IMG/VR virus record: IMGVR_UViG_2721755796_000006
Strand: one strand, 5' to 3'
DNA from: an uncultured virus (IMG/VR IMGVR_UViG_2721755796_000006)
Taxonomy: Duplodnaviria; Heunggongvirae; Uroviricota; Caudoviricetes
DNA: 64,000 nucleotides
Part shown: one piece after another, positions 49,662-59,693 of the stretch
Position numbering within the stretch: the first letter of the stretch is position 1
Layout of the letters: every line of letters starts with the position of its first letter
Translations under genes and position numbers: made by a program
Notes under the pieces: model-generated
Seen by the model: only the letters and a program-made list of their open reading frames with translations
Told to the model about the DNA's origin: nothing
The model's database searches: none

Positions 49662-50048
49662 ATGGCACAAGGAATAATCACAGAGATAGGACGTAAGAAG
49701 CTGTGCAGGTCACATGCAGGGGACCAGATACTGCCAGCAATCACCCAGATGGCCTTCGGGTCTGGCGGTGTAGATGCGGATGGGAATGTTATTGAGACAA
49801 CCGGAACAGAGACGGCTCTTAAGGCAGAACTGCTTAAGAAGGATATCGACAGCCACAACTATACGGATGATAAGGAGACCACTTGCCGGTACACGGTGCG
49901 ACTTGGGAAAGCGGAGCTGGCCAATCAGAATATATCCGAACAGGGGTTGTTTGACTCAGACGGGGACCTGATTGCGTATAAGACATTCCTGCCAAAAGGC
50001 AAGGATGATGACATGGAGTTCATTTTTGACATGGACGAGGTATTTTAA
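49662..50048 (+). CDS. Tail-collar/fibre attachment-type protein
   Basis: ITEIGR, ITQMAFGSG, ISEQGLFDSDGDLIAY. Confidence 0.75.
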   Translation: MAQGIITEIGRKKLCRSHAGDQILPAITQMAFGSGGVDADGNVIETTGTETALKAELLKKDIDSHNYTDDKETTCRYTVRLGKAELANQNISEQGLFDSDGDLIAYKTFLPKGKDDDMEFIFDMDEVF

Positions 50049-50059
50049 GGAGGCTAAGT

Positions 50060-50524
50060 ATGGCACAGTTACCAATTACAGATAATCCGGCGTTCAGCCA
50101 GACCATGGAGCAGGTGACGACCAAGGACCGGGGAGCGCCTGATACCTTTAATCCACGGTATCAGGTACTGCTGGATAATGACAATTATCTTAAGAAAAAG
50201 GTCGAGCGTGCCGCCCTGAGGAATGACAAACAAATTACCATCCCTGCATTCACGCAGTCCGCTGCGCCATATACAGCAGACATAAAAGTGCAACATCTCA
50301 AGACAACAGATGCGATTGAACTGTATGCGGGGCTGATAAAGAGTGACAGCGAACTTACGGCGGAGCAGAAAGCAGAAAAAATAAAAATACGAAGAAAATA
50401 CCTGAACATGATTGATGATGCAGAGTGTAATACAGATGGCATATTGACGGTAACCTCCTACAGCAAGAAACCGGCCACGGAATTTGCTGTATGGTTAAGG
50501 GGCTGCTCAGCAGAGGAGGAATAG
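50060..50524 (+). CDS. Tail-associated hypothetical protein
   Basis: LLDNDNYLK; strong RBS; position. Confidence 0.65.
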   Translation: MAQLPITDNPAFSQTMEQVTTKDRGAPDTFNPRYQVLLDNDNYLKKKVERAALRNDKQITIPAFTQSAAPYTADIKVQHLKTTDAIELYAGLIKSDSELTAEQKAEKIKIRRKYLNMIDDAECNTDGILTVTSYSKKPATEFAVWLRGCSAEEE

Positions 50525-50527
50525 AGA

Positions 50528-51733
50528 TTGAAAGCAATTATACACGGCAGTGGAGGAGCAGATACAGATGGTTTGACCGCTATTTCCGCTCACGTACTGA
50601 ACGGAGAGATATTTTATGGAGCCGATAGCGACGAACCTCAGACCGGAACCATGACAGTAAATAGTATACTGTCTTTTAGTGTAGCCGCATATAGTGGACG
50701 CCGAGTACTTTTGAAATGGCAGAATCCGTATGCGGCTCCTGGAAAACCTTATTGCGGAGTAATAATAAAAGCCAGTACGGGCGGATATCCAGCTTGGAAT
50801 GCGCCTGCTTGGGATGCAATTTATGTAGGAGCAGGAGACAATGCTACTCCTGGAGGCTGGTCACAAGCATTTATGGATTTACCAGCTTTAAATACCACTT
50901 ATTATTTTACATGCTTTGGGTATGCCACAACAAACTTTGGAGAGATATACAGTCCGGTATATGACCCGTCGTCAGTTAAAAATGCTGTATATACGACCGT
51001 AGGACCTTCGTTGGTTACGATAGCCGGAACGCAGGATTACGTAATTCCAGATGGATTTACATCTGCGGATATATTTTGCGTAGGCGGCGGAGGCGGTGGT
51101 GGTAAAGGATACCGATATACTTCGAATGCCTATCAACAAGCCGGTGGTGGAGGCGGTGGTGGATATACTGCTACTGTTTATAATATTGGCGTGGCGGCCG
51201 GACAAGTATTAAATTGTGTAGTAGGTGCCGGAGGCGCACCCAATGGTAGTCTTAGTGGTAACGGCGGTACAGGAGGTACAACATCAGTATCAAGAAGCGG
51301 TACTGTCTTATGTACGGCTAATGGCGGACACGGAGGTGAAAACGCTAATGGTGGCAATGGTGGCATAGGTGGTTCCGGTGGTGGTAGTGGTGGATATAAT
51401 GACTTAGACACAAGGCCGGTCATAAGAGCCGGTGAAGATGGATTTTCAGACGGTAGCGGATGGAGTAATAGACCCGGCCAGGGACGTACAACAAGAGCTT
51501 TTGGCGAAGCCGGAAACACTTTATATGCTGGCGGCGGAGGAGGCGGAGGAGTAACCCATGGTGGTCCCGGCGCTGGTGGTGCTGGAGGTGGCGGAGCAGG
51601 CAGTTATGATACAGGCAGTCCGGGTAGCGCTAACACTGGCGGCGGAGGCGGCGGCGGAGGCGGCGATCTTTACGGAACCGCCGAGTGGGGCGGTACTGGC
51701 GGCTCAGGAGTTATTTTAATCAGATTAAAATAG
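50528..51733 (+). CDS. Glycine-rich tail fibre / receptor-binding candidate
   Basis: VGGGGGGG, ANTGGGGGG, GGSGVILIR glycine-rich domain. Confidence 0.75.
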   Translation: MKAIIHGSGGADTDGLTAISAHVLNGEIFYGADSDEPQTGTMTVNSILSFSVAAYSGRRVLLKWQNPYAAPGKPYCGVIIKASTGGYPAWNAPAWDAIYVGAGDNATPGGWSQAFMDLPALNTTYYFTCFGYATTNFGEIYSPVYDPSSVKNAVYTTVGPSLVTIAGTQDYVIPDGFTSADIFCVGGGGGGGKGYRYTSNAYQQAGGGGGGGYTATVYNIGVAAGQVLNCVVGAGGAPNGSLSGNGGTGGTTSVSRSGTVLCTANGGHGGENANGGNGGIGGSGGGSGGYNDLDTRPVIRAGEDGFSDGSGWSNRPGQGRTTRAFGEAGNTLYAGGGGGGGVTHGGPGAGGAGGGGAGSYDTGSPGSANTGGGGGGGGGDLYGTAEWGGTGGSGVILIRLK

Positions 51734-51743
51734 GAGGATTAAT

Positions 51744-52046
51744 ATGGTAGCACACGAAGTATTCGCAATGATATTTGACGAAACGGTACAGAATGTGGTG
51801 GTAGGGCATTATGAAGAGGTCAACCGAGTAGCACGGTGCGTATATGGTGACGATGCCTTTGCGGTGGATTGCCTGCAATATCCCTGTGAGATAGGAGATA
51901 AGTACATAAACGGCGTATTTTACAAGGCCGATGGGATAACACCCATTGAATATATCCCTACCCAGGAGCAGCAGGTGGCTCAGCTCCGGCGAGAAAATGC
52001 GGAGCTTACACTTGCCCTGGCAGACATGATAGGAGGTGCAATGTAA
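51744..52046 (+). CDS. Fibre-associated small protein
   Basis: VQNVVV...IGDKYINGVF; position. Confidence 0.65.
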   Translation: MVAHEVFAMIFDETVQNVVVGHYEEVNRVARCVYGDDAFAVDCLQYPCEIGDKYINGVFYKADGITPIEYIPTQEQQVAQLRRENAELTLALADMIGGAM

Positions 52047-52192
52047 TGTTATCCAATATACAGCGCAACATCATTATCCGGGCCCTGCAGATTCGGATGA
52101 ATCAGGGGGAGGAACCGGCAGGCATCCTGGATGGTTACAAGAACCTGACAGAAGAGGAAAAGGCAGAGCTGTTGGAAGCCTTAGAAGAATAG
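52046..52192 (+). CDS. Small phage protein (48 aa)
   Basis: ATG overlapping previous TAA after GGAGGT. Confidence 0.6.
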   Translation: MLSNIQRNIIIRALQIRMNQGEEPAGILDGYKNLTEEEKAELLEALEE

Positions 52193-52206
52193 GAAAGGTG
52201 AGGTTA

Positions 52207-52635
52207 ATGAAGATGAAGAAAGATATTGTATGTGCCATTATGGGAATGGCAGCGGCGGCAGGAGTAAAGCTTTTTGGGGGCTGGACCCCGACATTGAGTA
52301 TCGTGCTCATACTTATGGGACTGGACCTGATGGCAGGGTTCTTGGTGGCTGTGGTGTTTAAAAAGTCACCAAAATCGGAGAGCGGTGCTGCTAGCTCAAA
52401 CGCGATGCTTAAAGGGCTGTGCAAGAAATTTATGATGGTGTGCCTTCTGGCGGTAGCCCATCAGCTTGATGTGGCCCTGGGAGTGGATTACATTATGCTG
52501 GCAGCTACATATGGATTTATCGCAAATGAGTCGTTGTCGATTGTGGAGAATGCCGGACTCATGGGTATTGTGAAATCCGATGTGATAATCAATGCCATTG
52601 AAGTGTTAAAGGGCAAATCGCAGAAAACAGAGTAA
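52207..52635 (+). CDS. Holin (phage holin 4 / toxin-secretion type)
   Basis: LFGGW, TM helices, ANESLSIVENAG. Confidence 0.9.
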   Translation: MKMKKDIVCAIMGMAAAAGVKLFGGWTPTLSIVLILMGLDLMAGFLVAVVFKKSPKSESGAASSNAMLKGLCKKFMMVCLLAVAHQLDVALGVDYIMLAATYGFIANESLSIVENAGLMGIVKSDVIINAIEVLKGKSQKTE

Positions 52636-52719
52636 TTGCGATATCGCAACTTGTGACGTCACAACTTTTTATGGCCTGGGAGTAAGTCCCGGGCCTTATC
52701 TTTTGATTGGAGGTACGAT

Positions 52720-53493
52720 ATGAGTAAAACAGCAGCAGGATTAATTGAGCATTGCAAGGACAAGCTTGGCACACCCTACGTCTACGGCGCCAAGGGTGAG
52801 GTCCTTACCCAAGCCATACTGGATAGGTTGGCCCGGGAGAACCCAGGCACATACACATCTACTTACAAGGCCAAGGCCGCCAAGTACATAGGCCAGCGCT
52901 GCACGGACTGTTCCGGCCTCATCAGCTGGTACACCGGGCGCATCCGCGGCAGTTACAACTACCACGACACAGCCGTGGAGCGGATAGGCGTTGACCATCT
53001 GGACGAGTCCATGGTCGGTTGGGCGCTCTGGAAGCCGGGACACATCGGGGTATACATCGGGGATGGATGGTGCATCGAGGCCAAGGGCATCAACTACGGG
53101 ACCATCAAGTCCAGAGTGGCGGTCACACCCTGGCAGAAAGCCCTTAAGCTCTGTGATATTGATTATGCCCCGGTTCAGGTGACATACACCCAGGGCTTCC
53201 GGCCGGCCGCAGACGGGCAGCGCTGGTGGTATCAGTTTACAGATGGTAGCTTTGCGGCCAACGGCTGGTACTGGCTCCGGGAGGCCACGGACGGCACATA
53301 TGGCTGGTACCTGTTTGACAGCGGGGGCTACATGCTGACCGGCTACCAGGTGGACCCTGCTGGCGAAGCCTTCCTGCTCTGCCCGGTCAAGGGCTCTGAC
53401 GAGGGCAAATGCATGATTACGGATGCCAGGGGAGTGCTCCGGATTGCGGAGGAGTATGACATGGTAAATCGACGGTACGTGTTTAATTGGTAG
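52720..53493 (+). CDS. Endolysin: NlpC/P60-like catalytic domain plus cell-wall-binding repeats
   Basis: PYVYGA, DCSGLI, GHIGVYIG; WYLFDSGGYMLTG. Confidence 0.88.
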   Translation: MSKTAAGLIEHCKDKLGTPYVYGAKGEVLTQAILDRLARENPGTYTSTYKAKAAKYIGQRCTDCSGLISWYTGRIRGSYNYHDTAVERIGVDHLDESMVGWALWKPGHIGVYIGDGWCIEAKGINYGTIKSRVAVTPWQKALKLCDIDYAPVQVTYTQGFRPAADGQRWWYQFTDGSFAANGWYWLREATDGTYGWYLFDSGGYMLTGYQVDPAGEAFLLCPVKGSDEGKCMITDARGVLRIAEEYDMVNRRYVFNW

Positions 53494-53502
53494 ATTACCG
53501 AA

Positions 53503-53523
53503 GGGCGCTGCAATAGCGCCCTG
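53503..53523. terminator. Hairpin between convergent endolysin and Spo0A-like genes
   Basis: AGGGCGCT / AGCGCCCT. Confidence 0.5.
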
Positions 53524-53529
53524 GCTTAC

Positions 53530-53871
53530 TCAATCATAATAATGGCGTACAACATAATGAGCCAGCGCATCAATAAAGGCGCCGTTCCGCGGCTTTTGTG
53601 CCAACTCAAAGCTGAAAACCTGGTTTAAAAGATTCCGGTCGCCATGGAGCCAGATAGTATTAATGATGGTGCGTATATTACGTTCTACACATCCTACAGA
53701 TGTTTGGTAGCGGGCGGCAATTTCTACATATAGCCCTTTTGATATATAAGAAAGCAGGTCCGGTTCATGGACTGAGCGGATTACACCATAAATAGTATAG
53801 CGGAATCCTACGTAGGAATTATTGACACCAAGCCGTCGAAGCAGGTTACTGGTTTCTCTTTCGTATTTCAT
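53530..53871 (-). CDS. Spo0A C-terminal DNA-binding-domain protein, no receiver domain
   Basis: LLRRLGV...GFRY, KGLYVEIA, VERNIR, KPRNGAFI. Confidence 0.9.
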   Translation of the reverse strand: MKYERETSNLLRRLGVNNSYVGFRYTIYGVIRSVHEPDLLSYISKGLYVEIAARYQTSVGCVERNIRTIINTIWLHGDRNLLNQVFSFELAQKPRNGAFIDALAHYVVRHYYD

Positions 53872-54158
53872 ACTGATTCCTCCTTGTTTTTTGTTACTAA
53901 TTTAACGATATATGCAAGGAGGGGCATTATCAAGTGAAGATTGAACGACAAAAAGCAACGAAAAGTGTCGTAAAATGCGAATAAACGGACCATTTATGGT
54001 ATTATTTGCCAGGACAACCCCTGCATTGAAAGGAGTACAATGGCCTTGGAAGGAGGCGCATAAAGATGGATGGAAGGCGAGGAGGAATTGGAAATCTTCC
54101 TTTTTTATTCAGATTATGCTATGATGCATATATAAAATATAAAAAGGGGGAAACATAG

Positions 54159-54410
54159 ATGAATGGAGTAAATAATAAACCAGATGCTATTTATGCCAAC
54201 TTTGTAGCCATCAGTAATAGCGCATATGAAATGAGGATTGAGTTCTTGGTAGAATCTCCAGAACAAGATAATAGCCTAAAAGAGGTAGCCGATGTGAGAA
54301 TCAGCCCTCAGTTAGCAAAGAAGATGTGTGAAATCCTAAAGGAAAGCATTGCAAGGTATGAGGAAAAAATTGGTGCGATACCGGCAATGAATGATGAAAG
54401 CGGTGAGTAG
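54159..54410 (+). CDS. DUF3467-like small protein
   Basis: IYANFVAIS.S.YEMRIEF...VRISPQLAK...YEEKIGAI. Confidence 0.7.
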   Translation: MNGVNNKPDAIYANFVAISNSAYEMRIEFLVESPEQDNSLKEVADVRISPQLAKKMCEILKESIARYEEKIGAIPAMNDESGE

Positions 54411-54412
54411 AG

Positions 54413-54928
54413 ATGACCATTTACACAGAACCTATTTGTTCTTGGCAAATTTTTAGTCCGCATATATTAGATGTTAGGAACAGGTATAGGAGAATAAGCC
54501 ATAGTCATCCCACAATAGAAACCAGACTAACCAGTCAAAAGGGCATATGGGATTATGATTCCGCAATGTGCTTAGAGGGGACATATATGGATATAGAAAA
54601 ACAGGAGAATATCAAGAAGCTGCACGAAATAGCAAAACTCCCATACAATTGGAATGAAAATTGCGCAGATTCATTCAGCCCACAGGTGATTTCGGAGTGT
54701 CTGGATATTGTGGACATGGTGCCGAGACAACCTGAAATCTTTCCAACTGCTGCGGAATCTATACAGATGGAATATGAAAAGGAAGACGGCGAGTATCTGG
54801 AGTTCAATATTTTTGAGAACCACATAGAGGTATTTGGGATTGGGCCTGACGGAACCGAAAAAGAAGCCCAGATGCCAATCGCGGACAAAGGAAAAATACA
54901 GCAGATGGTGATGGAATTTTATGGATGA
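54413..54928 (+). CDS. Hypothetical protein (L..NW...A...P.IFPT...IQMEY), candidate antitoxin
   Basis: Coupled to both neighbours; acidic C-terminal domain; possible alternative start at MDIEKQ. Confidence 0.7.
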   Translation: MTIYTEPICSWQIFSPHILDVRNRYRRISHSHPTIETRLTSQKGIWDYDSAMCLEGTYMDIEKQENIKKLHEIAKLPYNWNENCADSFSPQVISECLDIVDMVPRQPEIFPTAAESIQMEYEKEDGEYLEFNIFENHIEVFGIGPDGTEKEAQMPIADKGKIQQMVMEFYG

Positions 54929-55331
54929 AACGAAGACTGTGTACAGAAGAATGAGAAATCTACCGGATTACATTCGGAAAGATGGAAGCATATCATCGGC
55001 ATTATTCAGCGACAGAAACGGCGTATCTGTTGATATTGATGCAGGAAGAAGTCTTGAGGATATCATAAAGGATGAGGAACGTTTACATCAATCCTATCAT
55101 CCTGGTATGTCACAGGACGAAATGATAAGAACCAAGCGGGCATTGAAAGCAATTATTGCGGTTGAAAGAGAAGAATGTGAAAGTAAAAGTATTGTGATAC
55201 AGCCTGAACCCATCAGGGAAGAAAATGAATACCATGCAATCCTGAGACGTGACGATGGTACATTGCAATTGACCCACGGACAGTGTAAGCATTTATCTAA
55301 CAAGTGTAGATACGTAAAGAAATATTTTTAG
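54921..55331 (+). CDS. Hypothetical protein with ART/RES-like motif pattern
   Basis: VYRR, ISSALF, GVSVD, YHAIL. Confidence 0.6.
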   Translation: MDETKTVYRRMRNLPDYIRKDGSISSALFSDRNGVSVDIDAGRSLEDIIKDEERLHQSYHPGMSQDEMIRTKRALKAIIAVEREECESKSIVIQPEPIREENEYHAILRRDDGTLQLTHGQCKHLSNKCRYVKKYF

Positions 55332-55361
55332 CAATTGAGTGATATTCAAGAAATAAGTGAA

Positions 55362-55397
55362 AGGCGGGTACCGGATGCGACCGGACCCGCCTAAAAA
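55362..55397. terminator. Hairpin closing the three-gene moron
   Basis: AGGCGGGTACCGG / CCGGACCCGCCT. Confidence 0.6.
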
Positions 55398-55402
55398 TAT
55401 TT

Positions 55403-55579
55403 GGTAGGCAACGTCTACCATTTGCCTACCTTGCACAAGTTTTTCTATAATACGCCTGGTTACGCTATAGTATTTCTGGTTTTTCTATTTCTTGAAAATC
55501 CCTTATTTTAAAAGATAATAAGTTACGCTATAATATTGTGTAGCACACATGATTTTTTGACATCGACTTACCGGGAACT
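55403..55579 (+). other. Probable prophage right att region; core resembles the 3' end of Lachnospiraceae 6S RNA
   Basis: GGTAGGCAA/TTGCCTACC inverted repeat, GTTACGCTATA at 55459 and 55522, then ACACATGATTTTTTGACATCGACTTACCGGGAACT (55545-55579). Confidence 0.55.
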
Positions 55580-55663
55580 GCGAAGTTTGTGTGGAATTGT
55601 GCCAAAATTAAATATAATAAGGCGATATGTAAAAACGTTTTTTGAATTTAAATCAGAGGGGAT

Positions 55664-56270
55664 GTGTATAAAATGCCGGAGGACATAAATTGGAAGTTTG
55701 AATTAGAAGAATATATTAAACAGGGAGAACCGGAAAAAGCCGAGAAGAGTGAAGCCTGGCAAACTGCGGTTGGCTTACAGGCGGTTGACGGATTGAGGAC
55801 TTCCGAGTATTTGCTTGAAACGGCGAAGTCACATATTGAAGGTAAGATTTACATTGATACGGCACAAAAGAAAATTCAAAGGTATTATAAGGAGAGGAAA
55901 AACGGGTTGAGATAGAAGATGATACGAGAGAAGCAGATATTGTTTCATCAAGAATTGCAGCACTTCTTGGCGAAAAAACATTTCAGTTTTCACCGATGAA
56001 ATAGATATTTTCATTTGGACTATCATTCTGATACAGGAGAAAAAACAGTTCAAAGTGCAAAATGGCATTTTGAATTGCACTTTAGATGAATTAATACTTT
56101 TGAAGATTATAAAACAGGAACCAGCGATTACGCAAAAAAGCTGGCTATTAAAGTAGGAAAATCCGAGCGAACAATAAAAAAGAACAATAGAATTACAAGA
56201 AAAGGGATACATCAGACGAGTTAATGGTAAAAGAAATGGACGATGGAAAACTCTTGGTGAATTAATGCAG
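55664..56270 (+). pseudogene. Fic-family gene remnant: N-terminus and C-terminal HTH, catalytic core missing
   Basis: EEYIKQGEP..WQTAVGLQAVDGL; later broken frame with GKSERTIK..KGYIRRVNGKRNGRW. Confidence 0.7.
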
Positions 56271-56282
56271 TGAGGTGATATT

Positions 56283-56520
56283 TTGGATTTGAATAGAAAT
56301 GCAATAAATAGGCACATAAAGACGCATTCCAAGCGTTCTGTAGAAGATGAGGCAGCCGTTACAACATTAAATTCGTTTTTGAACTCAGATGGGAAAATAA
56401 ACACAGATTTTTCTTATCATGATACTTGGCCGAACATTGATGGTTCATTCGAGTTTGTTTCAAACCCAGAATTATCAAGAATACCGGAACAGACTTTTAT
56501 TGTTCAAATAAAAGGGACTA
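56283..56520 (+). pseudogene. DUF4365-like PD-(D/E)xK nuclease N-terminus interrupted by IS630
   Basis: DTWPNIDGSFEF...VQIKGT cut at a TA. Confidence 0.7.
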
Positions 56521-57537
56521 GTACAGCATTGCCAAAATAATAATGAATAGACGCTGCTTTTTTATTGTAGTCGGTGCATAATAATTCTATCACTAAAGAA
56601 TGGATGTGTTATTATGCGAAGGAAAACAATTGATACTATCCCGGTTTTATCTGATGCCATGAAAAACATATTATCTGCTTTTTCAAAAAGCCGCTCCCTT
56701 CCGTCAGGACTGGTCAAAAGAGCCAGCATTGTCCTGCTTGCGTCACAGGGGGAACTCAACCAGAATATTGCACCACAGGTCGGGCTTCATTATAATAATG
56801 CTGCCACCTGGCGCAGTCGGTTCCTCGCGGCGCTCCCAGCCTTGCGGAGGATTGAAATGGACGACCCGGAAAAGCTTGAAGATGAGATACGGGCAGTCCT
56901 GTCCGATAAAAAACGCCCCGGTGCCCCGTCTGTTTTTACGCCGGACCAGATCATGCGGATCATCGGCCTTGCCTGCGGCAGCCCAAATGATTTTGGGTAC
57001 GAAGTAAGCCAGTGGAGCCTCCCGCTGTTAGTGGCAGAAATTAAAAAGCAGGGGATCGCTGAACAGATTTCTGAGAAATCTGTCAGCCGTTTTTTAAAAA
57101 TGAGGTAGATTTACATCCCCACAGAATCCGTTACTGGCTTCATTCTCCGGAAAAGACGGAAGGCCCGAAATCTTTTGCGCGGAAAGTAAACGAAATCTGC
57201 GGCCTGTACCAGAGCGCCCAGGAACAAAGCCGGGAAGGTGCACACATTGTTTCCACGGATGAAATGACCGGGGTACAGGCGCTGGAACATAAATATCCTG
57301 ACAAGCTCCCATTACCCGGCCAGTGCGCCAAAATGGAGTTTGAGTATATCCGCCATGGCACGGCCAGCCTCATCGGGTTCTTTGATGTTGCAACGGGCCG
57401 TATGGAAATGCCGTATTTAAACTCCACACGCACAGAAGAGGATTTTGTGGAAGCCGTGAAAGCATTGGTAAGGACAGACCCGCAAGCCCCATGGACATTT
57501 ATATGCGATGGCCTAAACACCCATAAGTCGGAAGCTT
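56519..57537 (+). mobile_element. IS630-family element, 3' truncated
   Basis: Starts at TA; HTH ORF 56614-57108; slippery TTTTTTAAAAA; catalytic frame STDEMTG, EYIRHGT, CDGLNTHKS ends before the final acidic residue. Confidence 0.88.
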
Positions 57538-59693
57538 TAATAGAATCACTGTATATACTAAAGAAAATATATCAACTAGATATTCTGTACAAATTGCTTA
57601 TGAAAATGCAGAAATAAACTTATGGGGTGTAAAAAATAAAGTTAAAGTTGTGACGAATTGGAAAGTGTCTATTGACCCTAGATGTTTAAATTTGTTAAAT
57701 AAAATTCTATATAAAAGTACAAAAATTAGTTCTAATTATGGTGAGTATAACTCATTAATGAATTTCTTAACCAAGGCGGGTATGAACTTTTTGGATATCA
57801 TTCGATTGAGTGATGCAAATTATAACAAAGTACTAAATGATATTTTTGGAAAAACAAACACTTCAGAAATTAAAGAAATTTTAAATGAATTAAAACAAAA
57901 ATACTCAAAATCATCGAGTCAAAGTGGACAATATACAATACGATATATATTGCTCAATTTGAGGGAGGAGACAATAGAAGAAGTATTACCTGACTCTTAT
58001 AATCCAAAGACACTAAAAAATGGCCCATATATCTCAAGTAAATGTTATCCATTCGAAACAAAGCCATTCATTTCCAACATAGCAGGGGGAAAATCCAGTA
58101 AGGGTAGATTAACGGATATTCTTGAAATTGTTGATGATCCTGAAAAGTATAATGTTGTACGACCTTATTTAGAAATTGAGAGGTATATAAGGGAAACAAG
58201 AGAAGTGTATTTTAATATAGATTCTGTTGCAAGCCAAGAGGAAGTTGATAAATATAACGCAAGTTTGGATGATTGGGAAAAAGGTCAAGGATTTTCAATA
58301 AAAAGTGACAATAAATCACTTTTTATCGAGTCCTATGAAAAAACCACATTGTCCATAATAACCAAATTAATCTCTTTTTCTAAGTGCGAGAATAAAGGAC
58401 AGAAGACTGTAAATGAAAAACATATTAAAAAAAAAAGGGGGAGGGGGGTATCGATTTTGATGATAAGATAAAAGAGTTGGCTTTGAAAAATGCATTTGTA
58501 CATACTAATGTAATGCTTATTTATGGAGCAGCAGGGACAGGAAAGACTACACTGATGAATTATATATCAAATATGATGGGTGATTCTAAAAGTTGTTTCT
58601 TTCAAAAACACGTACAGCCTTAGAAAATTTAGAAAGAAATATAGATGATCCAGGAGCTAATAGTGATTTTAAAACAATTGATAGTTATGCAAAATCATGT
58701 ATAATTTTAGATTATGTTATTGTATTCATTGATGAGTGTAGCACTATAGATAATAGAACAATGGATATGTTTCTAAAAAAAGTAAATGAACAAACATTAC
58801 TTGTCTTGTCAGGAGATGTATATCAAATTGAATCAATTGATTATGGAAATTGGTTCTATTATGCGAAAGATATTGTCAAATCAAAAGGTTCTAATGTTGA
58901 ACTTTTTAGCACATGGAGAACTAACAAGCAAGAGTTAAGGAGTCTGTGGGAGGAAGTGAGAACTGTTAAATCGATAATTACAGAAAAGCTTTCCATGGAC
59001 GGTCCATTTTCTTCTGATATTGGAGAAGATATATTTGTACACGAAGATGGTGAGATTGTATTGTGCTTAAATTATGATGGGAAATTTGGGTTAAATAATA
59101 TGAATCTCTATTTTCGAAATGCGAATACATCTAGCAAAGCTTATTCGTGGAATGAATGGACATTTAAGGTTGGAGATCCGATTATTTTTGTGAATTCTAA
59201 TCGTTCATCATTACTTTACAATAATCTTACTGGAAGAATTGTTTCTATTTCAAAAAATGATAGTGCAATTTTATTTACGCTTGATGTTGATACAGTTTTA
59301 AATGAACAACAGTGTAGAAATGAGAGCTTTGAAGTATTGCAGGGAATGAAAACGAAGACAAGAATTCTGTTAGATGTAATTGTGTATAATGATGAAATGA
59401 AAGATGAAGACCGAATTAAGACAATTATTCCGTTTCAGATTGCATATGCAGTATCTATTCATAAAGCGCAGGGGTTAGAGTTTAATTCCGTAAAGATAGT
59501 AATTCCTTCAAATAATGCGGAAAAAATAACCCATGATATATTTTACACTGCAATTACTCGTGCTAAGGAAAAACTAAGAATCTATTGGAGTGCTGAAACA
59601 ATGCAAAGTATAGTGGAAAGGTTTGCCGAAGAGAAAAGAGAACAAAAATCGCTAATGTTGATTAAGAAAAAATTAGGTATAAATACTGATTAA
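57538..59693 (+). pseudogene. RecD-like SF1B helicase split by frameshifts
   Basis: Walker A GAAGTGKT (58525-58548) is in a different frame from ORFs 57650-58471 and 58593-59693 (IDECS, GDVYQI, SIHKAQGLEF, YTAITRA). Confidence 0.8.

Larger units (their letters stand above)
18380..55579 (+). mobile_element. Prophage, myovirus type with Xkd-like contractile tail; left arm (integrase, repressor) not in the window
   Basis: Collinear replication, packaging, head, sheath/tube, baseplate and lysis modules ending at an att-like site. Confidence 0.93.

Noticed and set aside
38964..50048. Tailocin or PBSX-like bacteriocin
   Set aside because: Terminase, portal, capsid and replication genes are present, so it is a prophage.
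50528..53493. Diversity-generating retroelement targeting the tail fibre
   Set aside because: No reverse transcriptase and no template/variable repeat pair seen.
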